From an uncultured Acidobacteriaceae bacterium (GTDB lineage Bacteria > Acidobacteriota > Terriglobia > Terriglobales > Acidobacteriaceae), in NCBI GenBank assembly GCA_963815485.1, contig CAWFGQ010000001.1:762387-826386 (forward strand): a DNA stretch of 64,000 nt, read 5' to 3'. The position numbers and the translations under genes were made by a program. Positions 10,091 through 17,766 of the stretch are shown here, piece by piece; position 1 is the stretch's first letter; every line of letters starts with the position of its first letter. The notes under the pieces are model-generated. The model was given only the letters and a program-made list of their open reading frames with translations, did no database searches and was not told where the DNA came from.

Positions 10091-10950
10091 GAGACTCCAT
10101 GAAAAATCCGGAGGAAGCGATTGAGAGAGTGCTGAAGGGTCTGCGGGAGGTTGAGGCTCCGGTGGGGTTGGAGCGGCGGATTCTGGATGGGCTGGAAGAG
10201 CGGGCTGCGCGACGGGCTGAGATGGGCTGGCGCTGGTTTGGCCGGGTGTGGCGTGGAGTTCCGGTTGGCTTTGTGGTTGGCGGGATTGCTCTTGCTGGAG
10301 TCGCGGTTGTGATGCTGATGGTTCCTGCGGTTCGGCGGTTTGGGCACGAGCCAGTGCAGTCGCGGATTGGTGTGGCTCGGGTGAATTCTGTTCGCGGTGT
10401 TTTCCCCACTCTGGCCGCGAAGAACGTACCGGATTCTTCGCGGGGTTCGCGTGTGCGATTGAAGACGGAAGATGCGCGTGTTTTTGGGCCGATTGATGCG
10501 ACTGATTCTGCGGCGGATTCTGAAGATGATATTGCTTTGAGCGAGACGCGGGCTGCGAGTTTTCCGGCCCCGCCGATGCCTTTGACCGAGCAGGAGAGGT
10601 TGCTGCTACGGATGGCGCAGAAGAATGACTCGGTGGAGTTGGCAATGCTTGATCCGAGGCTGCGTGAGTTGGAGGAGGCACAGGAGAAGGCTGAGTTTCA
10701 GAGATTTTTTGCGCGGCCTGCGGTGAAGGCGGCTTCAGGACAACCGACGGATGCTGCGACCACAGATTCTGCGTATGATGCGGATCGCTTGAAGATGGAT
10801 TCCGGTGCCGAAGGGACAACGCCACAGCTATCAGAACCAGAGAAGGCAACGCGGGATTTGCCGATGCCGCCTGCTGCAGAACAGCCGAGTGCTGAAAAGG
10901 CGGCTCCGGTGCCAACGACTGCGCCGCAATCTACAGAGACGCCGAAGTAA
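10087..10950 (+). CDS. putative single-pass anti-sigma factor (no recognisable zinc-finger anti-sigma motif)
   Basis: Its start overlaps the sigma-factor stop (ATGA at 10087-10090). It has a ~55-aa cytoplasmic part, one transmembrane helix (VPVGFVVGGIALAGVAVVMLMV) and a low-complexity extracytoplasmic part. The call rests on position and topology only. Confidence 0.5.
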   Translation: MRDSMKNPEEAIERVLKGLREVEAPVGLERRILDGLEERAARRAEMGWRWFGRVWRGVPVGFVVGGIALAGVAVVMLMVPAVRRFGHEPVQSRIGVARVNSVRGVFPTLAAKNVPDSSRGSRVRLKTEDARVFGPIDATDSAADSEDDIALSETRAASFPAPPMPLTEQERLLLRMAQKNDSVELAMLDPRLRELEEAQEKAEFQRFFARPAVKAASGQPTDAATTDSAYDADRLKMDSGAEGTTPQLSEPEKATRDLPMPPAAEQPSAEKAAPVPTTAPQSTETPK

Positions 10951-10969
10951 TTAAGAACGGAGAGAACGA

Positions 10970-11785
10970 ATGAAGATGAGATTCGATTTACAAGGGAGAC
11001 AATTGATGAGGTTTATGTGTGGAGTTCTGGGGGTTGTTTTGACTTTGACTGGAGCGGCCGGGGCGCAGACCGGGGCGACGGCAGGGACGCAGGCGACGGA
11101 GAAACCGGTCGGTATCCCCCAGCAGGATTCTTACGGACGCGTGGATACTCGTCCGATGCAGAGCTTTCATCTGATGAATATCAGTTCGCAAAATGATGCC
11201 AATGAGGTTACGGTTGCCGTACGCAACCTGCTCGATCCAAGTGTGAAGCTCTATCTTGTTCCCAACCAGAACACGATTGTGATGCGGGGTAGTACGGAGC
11301 AGATTGCACTGGCGCAGAAGGTCGTCAATGAACTTGACCGGCCGAAGAAGCTTTATCGACTGACCTACACGATTACCGAAATTGATGGTGGAAAGCGAGT
11401 GGGTGTGCAGCACTTCTCCATGGTTGTGGTCGAGGGGCAGAGAGCGGTGATGAAAGAAGGGAACAGGGTTCCGGTCATGACCGGTTCTTATAACAGTGCG
11501 AGCTCGCAGGCGGAGTCGCAGGTGACTTTCATTGACGTTGGAATGAACTTCGACGCCACGCTGGATCCGTACGCCAATGGAGCCCGTCTGAAGACGAAGG
11601 TGGAGCAGATAGGGATCGCGGAGGAGAAGTCGGGAGTCGGGCCGCAGGATCCGATTTTTCGTCAGACCGCGTTGGAGGGGACCTCGCTTCTGGTTCCCGG
11701 TAAGCCGATCGTTTTGGGATCGCTGGATATTCCGGGGAGCACCCGGCATCTCGATGTGGACGTTATGATGGAGCCGATCGGGTAG
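10970..11785 (+). CDS. short secretin-like protein (one Secretin_N-type domain plus a truncated secretin core)
   Basis: 271 aa with a signal peptide. The Secretin_N-like block is FHLMNISSQNDANEVTVAVRNLLDPSVKLYLVPNQNTIVMRGSTEQIALAQKVVNELDRP. The secretin-core-like blocks are VTFIDVGMNFDATLDP and IFRQTALEGTSLLVPGKPIVLGSL. The protein ends where full-length secretins continue. A GGAGAG RBS lies upstream. Confidence 0.6.
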   Translation: MKMRFDLQGRQLMRFMCGVLGVVLTLTGAAGAQTGATAGTQATEKPVGIPQQDSYGRVDTRPMQSFHLMNISSQNDANEVTVAVRNLLDPSVKLYLVPNQNTIVMRGSTEQIALAQKVVNELDRPKKLYRLTYTITEIDGGKRVGVQHFSMVVVEGQRAVMKEGNRVPVMTGSYNSASSQAESQVTFIDVGMNFDATLDPYANGARLKTKVEQIGIAEEKSGVGPQDPIFRQTALEGTSLLVPGKPIVLGSLDIPGSTRHLDVDVMMEPIG

Positions 11786-11791
11786 CCGTTT

Positions 11792-11817
11792 TTGCGGCCG
11801 GTTGGGGCCGCAATTTT
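11792..11817 (+). terminator. intrinsic terminator of the secretin-like gene
   Basis: Stem TTGCGGCC / GGCCGCAA (11792-11799 and 11806-11813) with a 6-nt loop, followed by TTTT. Confidence 0.65.
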
Positions 11818-11899
11818 GCAGGCAGAGAGCGCCTGCGACGCAGTTTTGGACTCGCAGATGGGTCTTGACTCGGAGGGCATTGCGATTTACCTTAGAGGA

Positions 11900-12010
11900 A
11901 TGGCAAGACTCCCTTCGGGTTGAGTCGGTCATAACGAAGTCCACCCACTTCGTTGCTTTACCGGAATACCCACGCAACAGCCCCCACCGCGCTGCGTGGG
12001 TTTCCTTTTT
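11900..12010 (+). ncRNA. candidate ~110-nt small RNA (unclassified)
   Basis: It lies after the 11792-11817 terminator and has its own terminator: ACCCACGCA / TGCGTGGGT at 11968-11976 and 11993-12001, then TTCCTTTTT. A possible promoter is TTGACT (11865-11870), a 17-nt spacer and TACCTT (11888-11893). Two internal hairpins are a C(UUCG)G-capped stem at 11907-11926 and AACGAAGT/ACTTCGTT at 11933-11954. There is no convincing ORF. Confidence 0.25.
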
Positions 12011-12102
12011 AACGTGCTTATTTTCTTAGGCTTGGAGGTCGAGGCTGAGACAGCCCGCAAAGTTCACGAGCTTATCCCAAAATACCTCGAGATCGTACTT
12101 TT

Positions 12103-13491
12103 TCATGCGGCGATTTTGCTCTCGGGCGCAGGGGTTTCATGGAGGGAGGCTTTCACCTGATCGACGGTGCGTAGACGCATCTGCTGCTGCAGCATCTTGC
12201 GCTTGAGTAGAGGCAGCGCATTCACAAAACGCATTCCGACGCGTGCGATCGCAAGTTGCAAGCGGCCGAGTACCGGCTTGTGGATGACGGAACTTGCGTC
12301 CATTTGCTTTCTGGATTCGAGCACAGCGTCTTTGCTGTAGGCGAGCATCTCGACTTCGTATTCGTGCAACGCCTCGAGGAGTGGCTTGCCGTCGCGGATT
12401 TCGATCAGTCGCTTGCACAGGAGAGCAGCATCGCGGAGTGCTGTATTGGCGCCTACGCCGCGGCCAGGTGTCATGGTGTGAACTGCGTCGCCGAGGAGGG
12501 TGACGTTCGAGGTCTCCCAGGGTTCCAGAGGGACGGAGGTGCGGATGTTGACTGGGAATACGGTGGAAGGATCGGTGAGGTCGATGAGACGGCGCATGTT
12601 GGGGTGCCAGCCGTGCGTAATCTTTCGGGCGATATCGAGCTGCTGTTCGCGGGGTAGGTCGGTTGGATCGGCGGGGAGATTTTTGCGCGCTCCCCAGATT
12701 CCCCACATGATGTAGTCCTGGGTGTTGTCGTAGAGCATGCCCGGCCACTCGGAGATGAGTTCGGCGTCGCTGCCGCCGACGTTGCTTTTCAGGCCTGTAC
12801 GATCCCACTTGAACTCCATGACGTGGAGGATTGCGCCGAAGCCTTTGGGGGCCATGATGAGCGAGATGCCATTGAAGACCTTGTTGGAGATGAGGGCTTT
12901 GCTTTCCGGAGTGAGTGGCGCCTTGCCGCCGATGGAGAGAATTCCGGTCTCCTCCATGCGGGCCTGCGGGAGCCTCTGCTTGCGGAGACGCGAACCGGCA
13001 CCGTCGGCACCGACGAGGACGTCGCCGATGGCCTGAGTGCCGTCTTCGAAGCTAACGATGACTCTGCCGTCGGAGTAGTGTTCGTAGTGCGAGAATTTTT
13101 TGTCGAAGACGACAACGTCTTCGAGGCCGGTGAGCAGAACCTGACGGAGGGTCATTCGGCTGACGGACTTTTCACTGTCGACGGGATCGTTGCCACTGAA
13201 GCGGTCCATCGAAAGCAGCTCTGACATCTGCTCGGTGAGCATGTTGAAGTAGCGGGGCGGTCGCGCGCAGGTGGCGACGAACAGATCGTAGAGCTCGGGC
13301 GAAAGACATTCCTTGAGGGCATAACTTCCCGCCGGGCTGATGCCGACGCGATAGCCCTGGAGGCCGTCTTTACGAGTACGATCGCGTTCATACACGGTGA
13401 CGTTGATTCCTGCGCGTTTGAGTCCATGCGCCAGGCACAATCCGCCGGTACCTGCGCCGATGATGATTACATGAAATGTTTTCTTTTCCAT
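12103..13491 (-). CDS. FAD-dependent aromatic-ring monooxygenase (group A flavoprotein hydroxylase family)
   Basis: The dinucleotide-binding motif FHVIIIGAGTGGLCLAHGLKRAGINVTVYER follows MEKKT directly. The conserved block is LLGDAVHTMTPGRGVGANTALRDA. The ORF track extends to 13539, but that would overlap the padR stop; ATG 13491 fits. Confidence 0.85.
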   Translation of the reverse strand: MEKKTFHVIIIGAGTGGLCLAHGLKRAGINVTVYERDRTRKDGLQGYRVGISPAGSYALKECLSPELYDLFVATCARPPRYFNMLTEQMSELLSMDRFSGNDPVDSEKSVSRMTLRQVLLTGLEDVVVFDKKFSHYEHYSDGRVIVSFEDGTQAIGDVLVGADGAGSRLRKQRLPQARMEETGILSIGGKAPLTPESKALISNKVFNGISLIMAPKGFGAILHVMEFKWDRTGLKSNVGGSDAELISEWPGMLYDNTQDYIMWGIWGARKNLPADPTDLPREQQLDIARKITHGWHPNMRRLIDLTDPSTVFPVNIRTSVPLEPWETSNVTLLGDAVHTMTPGRGVGANTALRDAALLCKRLIEIRDGKPLLEALHEYEVEMLAYSKDAVLESRKQMDASSVIHKPVLGRLQLAIARVGMRFVNALPLLKRKMLQQQMRLRTVDQVKASLHETPAPESKIAA

Positions 13492-13516
13492 TGCACACCT
13501 CATTTTTGGTTGTTGG

Positions 13517-14137
13517 TTATCCGTCTTGCTGCCCGGCAAACTGCTTCGCCATCTTTCGCAGCCACTTTTCGTTCCAGGTCAATTTGCCCGATCGCAGGTC
13601 TAGGACGACCGAACGAACCCATTTCAATTCCGTTGCGCAGTTCGCGCGTAGAAGCTCCATCTCAAGCAAGAAGATCCTTGGGAGGAAACTCGTTTGTGCA
13701 AGAATTCCTTCGAGCCGCTTCAGCTCGGCTTCAAGGGCTTCCAGTCTGCGCTCGAGTTGTTGCCGCGCATCCTTTACCGTGAGCACGGCCAACACCGACA
13801 ACGCCGCAGGAAACTCGGGAAACTCGGGTGATGGTGTGGAGAGAATCTCGCGCATCCAATCGACCATGGTCTGGCGACCCTGATCGGTGAGTTCGTAGAC
13901 CGTGCGTTCCGGCCGGTTCTGATCGCGCGAGACGCTCTGCGCTTTGATGAGCTCTTCGCGCTCGAGCCGGTTAATCGTCTGATAGAGGCTAGCGCGCTGG
14001 GTTACGTTGATGACCTCGTCCTTGCCGCGCTCCTTGATGAGCTGCTGCATACGGTAAGGGTGCATCGGCTCCTCATACAACATGGTGAGAATGGCGAGGG
14101 CGATGGCGGAACGTCTGACCGGCTTCTTCATAGTCAT
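13517..14137 (-). CDS. PadR-family transcriptional regulator with a C-terminal dimerisation/effector domain
   Basis: 206 aa with a winged-helix block LAILTMLYEEPMHPYRMQQLIKERGKDEVINVTQRASLYQTINRLEREELI. It lies immediately upstream of, and on the same strand as, the monooxygenase. Confidence 0.85.
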   Translation of the reverse strand: MTMKKPVRRSAIALAILTMLYEEPMHPYRMQQLIKERGKDEVINVTQRASLYQTINRLEREELIKAQSVSRDQNRPERTVYELTDQGRQTMVDWMREILSTPSPEFPEFPAALSVLAVLTVKDARQQLERRLEALEAELKRLEGILAQTSFLPRIFLLEMELLRANCATELKWVRSVVLDLRSGKLTWNEKWLRKMAKQFAGQQDG

Positions 14138-14144
14138 TAAATTA

Positions 14145-14163
14145 ATAGTTATAATATAACTAT
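14145..14163. promoter_or_regulatory. 19-bp palindrome, candidate PadR operator
   Basis: ATAGTTATA-A-TATAACTAT is a perfect inverted repeat in an AT-rich stretch, 8 nt upstream of the annotated padR start. Confidence 0.45.
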
Positions 14164-14270
14164 GTCAAGAAAAAAAAAGAGATACAACTGAAAAAGACGC
14201 GTCGAGCAGAAGAGCTTGCGGCAGAGTATCTCGACTGTTCTTCGAAGTGTTTAGGAGTCTAAAAGGCTGC

Positions 14271-14765
14271 CTACGCTTGCAGATCGAGGACTTTGTGTGC
14301 GGTTTCGACTCCGTACGCAGGAAGGCTCTCGTCCTTCAGGAGTCCGATTTGCTTGAGGACGGAGGCTTGGTCCCAGTAGATGTTTTCGTGGGCCAGCTTG
14401 CCGTCGCGAAAGCCCACGATGGCGACGAGAGGAACTTCGACGTAGCGGTTGGTGGGCTTGATATTGGGGAGGAGCCAGGGCATCTCGATGGTGTGTGTGA
14501 AGGAGATGACCATCTCGTCGACGAGGCGGTCTTTGCCCACGGTGCGGGAGACGTCGGTCATTTTGAAATCGGGCGGCATGCAGGGAATGAAGTCGTTGCC
14601 GTAGAAGTGGCGGAGAGCGGTTTTTCCTTTGCCGCCGGTCATGACAGGCACGTGATTGACGTAGGCGTCTTCGACCATGGTGGCGAGAGTGGCTTCGACA
14701 TCGGGGGTGGCGAACTCGTACTTTGTATGCTCTTCCCAGAGCTTTTCCAGATCGTATGTTTGCAT
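14271..14765 (-). CDS. NTF2/SnoaL-like fold protein
   Basis: 164 aa, soluble. The pattern LWEEHTKYEFATPDVEATLATMVEDAYVNHVPVMTGGKGKTALRHFY...IVGFRDGKLAHENIYWD is typical of SnoaL-like cyclase/isomerase-fold proteins. Confidence 0.55.
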   Translation of the reverse strand: MQTYDLEKLWEEHTKYEFATPDVEATLATMVEDAYVNHVPVMTGGKGKTALRHFYGNDFIPCMPPDFKMTDVSRTVGKDRLVDEMVISFTHTIEMPWLLPNIKPTNRYVEVPLVAIVGFRDGKLAHENIYWDQASVLKQIGLLKDESLPAYGVETAHKVLDLQA

Positions 14766-14872
14766 GCAGGAATTTTACTTTGCGATTTGAGTTGGGACGG
14801 TTTCAGGGTGTGAATGTTGAGTTTTTTTGAGAGAACGCGGGGTTGGAGCGAGACCGTAAACTAAAACAAACC

Positions 14873-16570
14873 ATGCCCTTTGAAACTCCAAACACCGTCC
14901 CGCTGGCCGCAGTTGCGCCGCCGCCGAGGCCGAGCGGGTTTGCGCCTCTGAGGATTCCGCTGTTTCGCGACCGGTGGATTGCGAGCACGGTGTCTTCGGT
15001 GGGGACATGGATGCAGGATACGGCGGGCACGTGGCTGATGACGGTGCTGACGACGTCTCCACTGCTGATTGCACTGATGCAGACGGCGGCAAGTTTGCCG
15101 GTGCTGATGCTTGGCCTGCTGGCGGGAGCGACAGCGGATATCTTTGACCGGCGAAAACTGCTGATCTTCTGGCAGTCGTGGATGCTGGCTTCGGTGGGGA
15201 TTCTGGCGGTGCTAACGTTTGTGGGTTACGTTTCGCCGTGGGCGCTGCTGGCGTTTACGTTTCTGTTGAATATCGGGTCGGCGATGAATAATCCGGCGTG
15301 GCAGGCGATTGTGCCGGAGCTGGTGCCGCGGGAGCTGATTCCCGATACGGTGAGTTTGAATGCGGCGAGCAATAACCTGGCGCGAGCAGTGGGGCCGGCG
15401 CTGGGTGGACTGATGGTGGCGGCGTTCAAGACGGCGCATGGCGGCGCGGGGAGCGTGTTTGCGCTGAATGCAATCTCGTTTGCGGGTGTGATCTGGGTGC
15501 TGGTGAACTGGAAGCGAGTACCGCTGTTCAAGTCAGCACTGCCATCAGAGCGAATTGCGGGATCGATCCGGTCGGGGCTGCGGTATGTACGGTATGCGCC
15601 GAATCTGCAGGCGTCGCTGGTGCGGGCGTTTCTCTTTCCGTTTTTTATCTCGGCGATCTGGTCGTTGCTGGCGGTGGTGGCGAAGCGGGATTTGAAACAG
15701 GGGCCGCTGGGTTATGGCATTCTGAACGGGTCACTGGGTGTCGGTGCGTTGATGGCAGCGGCTTTTCTTCACCGGCTGCGGCGGCGGTTCACGGCTGACC
15801 AGATTCTGACGACTGCAACGTTTTATAACGTTTTCGTGCTGCTGGTGCTGGCTTATGTGCGGAGTCCGCTGGTGATTATTCCGGCGCTGATTGTTTCGGG
15901 TGCGGCGTGGACGAGCACGATGTCCACGATCAATGTGAGTGTGCAGCTTGCAGTGCCGGCGTGGGTGCAGGCTCGGGCGCTGGGGACTTACCTGATGACG
16001 TTTCAGGGTGGGATGGCGCTGGGGTCGATTCTCTGGGGAGCGATTGCGGAGCGCAGCTCGACGCCGATTGCTTTGACGTGCGCCGCCGGGGGGCTGCTGG
16101 TGACGTTCCCGTTCGCACGGCGGTATCGAATTCTGCAGGGGCCAGTGCCGGACCATACTCCGTTTCAGCCGCGGCGGCCGGCACCGCAACTTACGATCGA
16201 GACGGAGCCTACGGATGGGCCAGTGCGGATCTCAATCGACTACCGGATTCCTGCGGAGAATTATGCAGAGTTTACGCGGGCGATTCACCAGCTACGCGGG
16301 GTGAGATTGCGGGATGGCGCGATGCGGTGGGGGATTTATCGGGATGCGATCGATCCGGAGCATCTGAACGAGAGTTTCATTATGGAGTCGTGGCTGGATT
16401 ATCTGCGGTCGCGGGAGAGGATTACGGCGGCGGATGAGCTGATCCGGGCACGGGTGCGGGCGCTGCACAAGCATGACGATCCGCCGAAGACGACCTATCA
16501 GATTTATGCGCGGGAGATCGCGAATCCGGTGCCGGCGGAGGTTGCGGAGGTTCCGCCAGAGGTGGACTGA
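14873..16570 (+). CDS. MFS transporter (EntS/MFS_3-like) with a soluble C-terminal extension
   Basis: About 12 predicted hydrophobic segments. The N-terminus LRIPLFRDRWIASTVSSVGTWMQDTAGTWLM is typical of this MFS subfamily. A ~130-aa hydrophilic C-terminal domain follows. The ORF track starts at 14843; the ATG at 14873 is preferred. Confidence 0.8.
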   Translation: MPFETPNTVPLAAVAPPPRPSGFAPLRIPLFRDRWIASTVSSVGTWMQDTAGTWLMTVLTTSPLLIALMQTAASLPVLMLGLLAGATADIFDRRKLLIFWQSWMLASVGILAVLTFVGYVSPWALLAFTFLLNIGSAMNNPAWQAIVPELVPRELIPDTVSLNAASNNLARAVGPALGGLMVAAFKTAHGGAGSVFALNAISFAGVIWVLVNWKRVPLFKSALPSERIAGSIRSGLRYVRYAPNLQASLVRAFLFPFFISAIWSLLAVVAKRDLKQGPLGYGILNGSLGVGALMAAAFLHRLRRRFTADQILTTATFYNVFVLLVLAYVRSPLVIIPALIVSGAAWTSTMSTINVSVQLAVPAWVQARALGTYLMTFQGGMALGSILWGAIAERSSTPIALTCAAGGLLVTFPFARRYRILQGPVPDHTPFQPRRPAPQLTIETEPTDGPVRISIDYRIPAENYAEFTRAIHQLRGVRLRDGAMRWGIYRDAIDPEHLNESFIMESWLDYLRSRERITAADELIRARVRALHKHDDPPKTTYQIYAREIANPVPAEVAEVPPEVD

Positions 16571-16600
16571 TTGCGGTGGGGTGATTGTTAAAAAGGAAAA

Positions 16601-16628
16601 CGTGCAGGAGCTAGTTGGCTCCTGCACG
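16601..16628 (-). terminator. intrinsic (probably bidirectional) terminator between the MFS and PEP-CTERM genes
   Basis: 11-bp stem CGTGCAGGAGC / GCTCCTGCACG, followed on the minus strand by TTTTCCTTTTT. Confidence 0.7.
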
Positions 16629-16683
16629 CCTTGGATTCGCTCACGGTTGGCCAGTTTTGGCTTGGCCGGGAGAGCTTGAACGA

Positions 16684-17415
16684 CTAGGAACGCATGCGGC
16701 GGAAGAGCGCACCGGCGGAGCCGATGAGACCTGTTCCGAGGAGCATGAGAGTGTTAGGCTCAGGAACCTGAGACAACGATGCGGCGAAGTCCAGACCAGA
16801 AGGATCGCCTGTTCCGCCTTTCGGCCCCGCACCCTTTTGTTCTACGACAAAGGCGAGGGTGTTCTGACCGGCGAGAAGGTTGACGCTGACGTTGATTGCG
16901 TCCAACGACAGGCAGGTAGGCGCGTTATCAGAGCAATGTCCATCGCCACCCAGACTGGGAAGAGGCGAAGAGATCAGGTTTCCATTGAGCCAGACCGAAG
17001 TGGTGTCATCGGCTGCAAGACTGAACGTGCCGCCGTAGAGACCACCCGCTGCGTTGAAGGTTGTTCCAAAGGTGTAGAAGCCAAAGTCCGGATTGTCGTT
17101 ACCGCTGGGACCTGCGTCCGCTGCGATACCAACCCATGCCGTACCGGCTACCGGGTTCATCCAGACGCCAGCGGGGTCGAGTTCGAACGCTGGGTTCGTT
17201 ATGACGCCTTGCGGGCTCTGCGAACCGGTCAGGAGTCCGACGAGCGTAGCGAACTGCATCGCAGTGTTGTCGAGTCCAGCACCAGTGGAAGTGACAGAGG
17301 AAGGCAGACCGGAGGGAATAACTCCCCAGCTACCAAGGGTGAGTGTGTCGGCGGACGCGAAGGTTGAAGCTGCCAAGGCGGCGACCATCAAGTTTAGTTT
17401 CAAGAAATTCTTCAT
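16684..17415 (-). CDS. PEP-CTERM-anchored secreted protein (paralog 1)
   Basis: 243 aa with signal peptide MKNFLKLNLMVAALAASTFASA. The C-terminal sorting signal is VPEPNTLMLLGTGLIGSAGALFRRMRS (PEP motif, transmembrane helix, basic tail). Confidence 0.9.
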   Translation of the reverse strand: MKNFLKLNLMVAALAASTFASADTLTLGSWGVIPSGLPSSVTSTGAGLDNTAMQFATLVGLLTGSQSPQGVITNPAFELDPAGVWMNPVAGTAWVGIAADAGPSGNDNPDFGFYTFGTTFNAAGGLYGGTFSLAADDTTSVWLNGNLISSPLPSLGGDGHCSDNAPTCLSLDAINVSVNLLAGQNTLAFVVEQKGAGPKGGTGDPSGLDFAASLSQVPEPNTLMLLGTGLIGSAGALFRRMRS

Positions 17416-17572
17416 TCAATTCCTCCTAAGATTTCCGCTCATCGCGGGGCCCATTGATTCGGTTGCGGGTGGCGCCAAATCCAAGCCGTACCTAAAACTC
17501 GTTTTGTTCCCCCGGATTTGTGTCGTAATCTCCCTCAACCCTTGAACAAGGGCACTTACGCGGAGAGAGGGT

Positions 17573-17588
17573 TGCAGCCTTACTGCCA
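17573..17588 (-). promoter_or_regulatory. sigma54-type -24/-12 promoter candidate for PEP-CTERM paralog 1
   Basis: The minus strand reads TGGCAG-TAAGG-CTGCA against the consensus TGGCAC-N5-TTGCW. The GG and GC dinucleotides are correctly spaced, and 9 of 11 specified positions match. It lies about 160 nt upstream of the start codon. Confidence 0.5.
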
Positions 17589-17728
17589 ATGAACTTCAAG
17601 ATTCAGATAGATGTCGTACGTTTGCTAAAGGAAGCACTTACGTGGCCATTGTGGAGGGCCTAGGGCGAGAAGTGCATGTCCTTATTTTTTAGTGATTTAG
17701 GAAATTGGGACTGGAGGGGCGCGTTTCC

Positions 17729-17766
17729 CTTGCAGGTATACCTGCAAGTTCTTGCAGGTATACCTG
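17729..17766. promoter_or_regulatory. tandem palindromes, candidate enhancer (UAS) for a sigma54 activator
   Basis: CTTGCAGGTATACCTGCAAG (17729-17748) is a perfect 20-bp palindrome. It is followed 2 nt later by a second copy, CTTGCAGGTATACCTG (17751-17766). Both lie about 140-180 bp upstream of the -24 element. Confidence 0.5.

Noticed and set aside
9653-10915. 420-aa and 232-aa minus-strand ORFs across the ECF sigma and anti-sigma genes.
   Set aside because: They have P/S/Q/H-rich low-complexity translations and lie antisense to a frame with clear sigma-70 region 2 and 4 motifs.
17416-17572. PEP-CTERM leaders as c-di-GMP (GEMM) or other known riboswitches.
   Set aside because: I compared them by eye with the GEMM-I core (GGCAAACC...GGGACGCAAAGCC) and other common riboswitch cores and found no match. 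I keep them only as unclassified conserved leaders.
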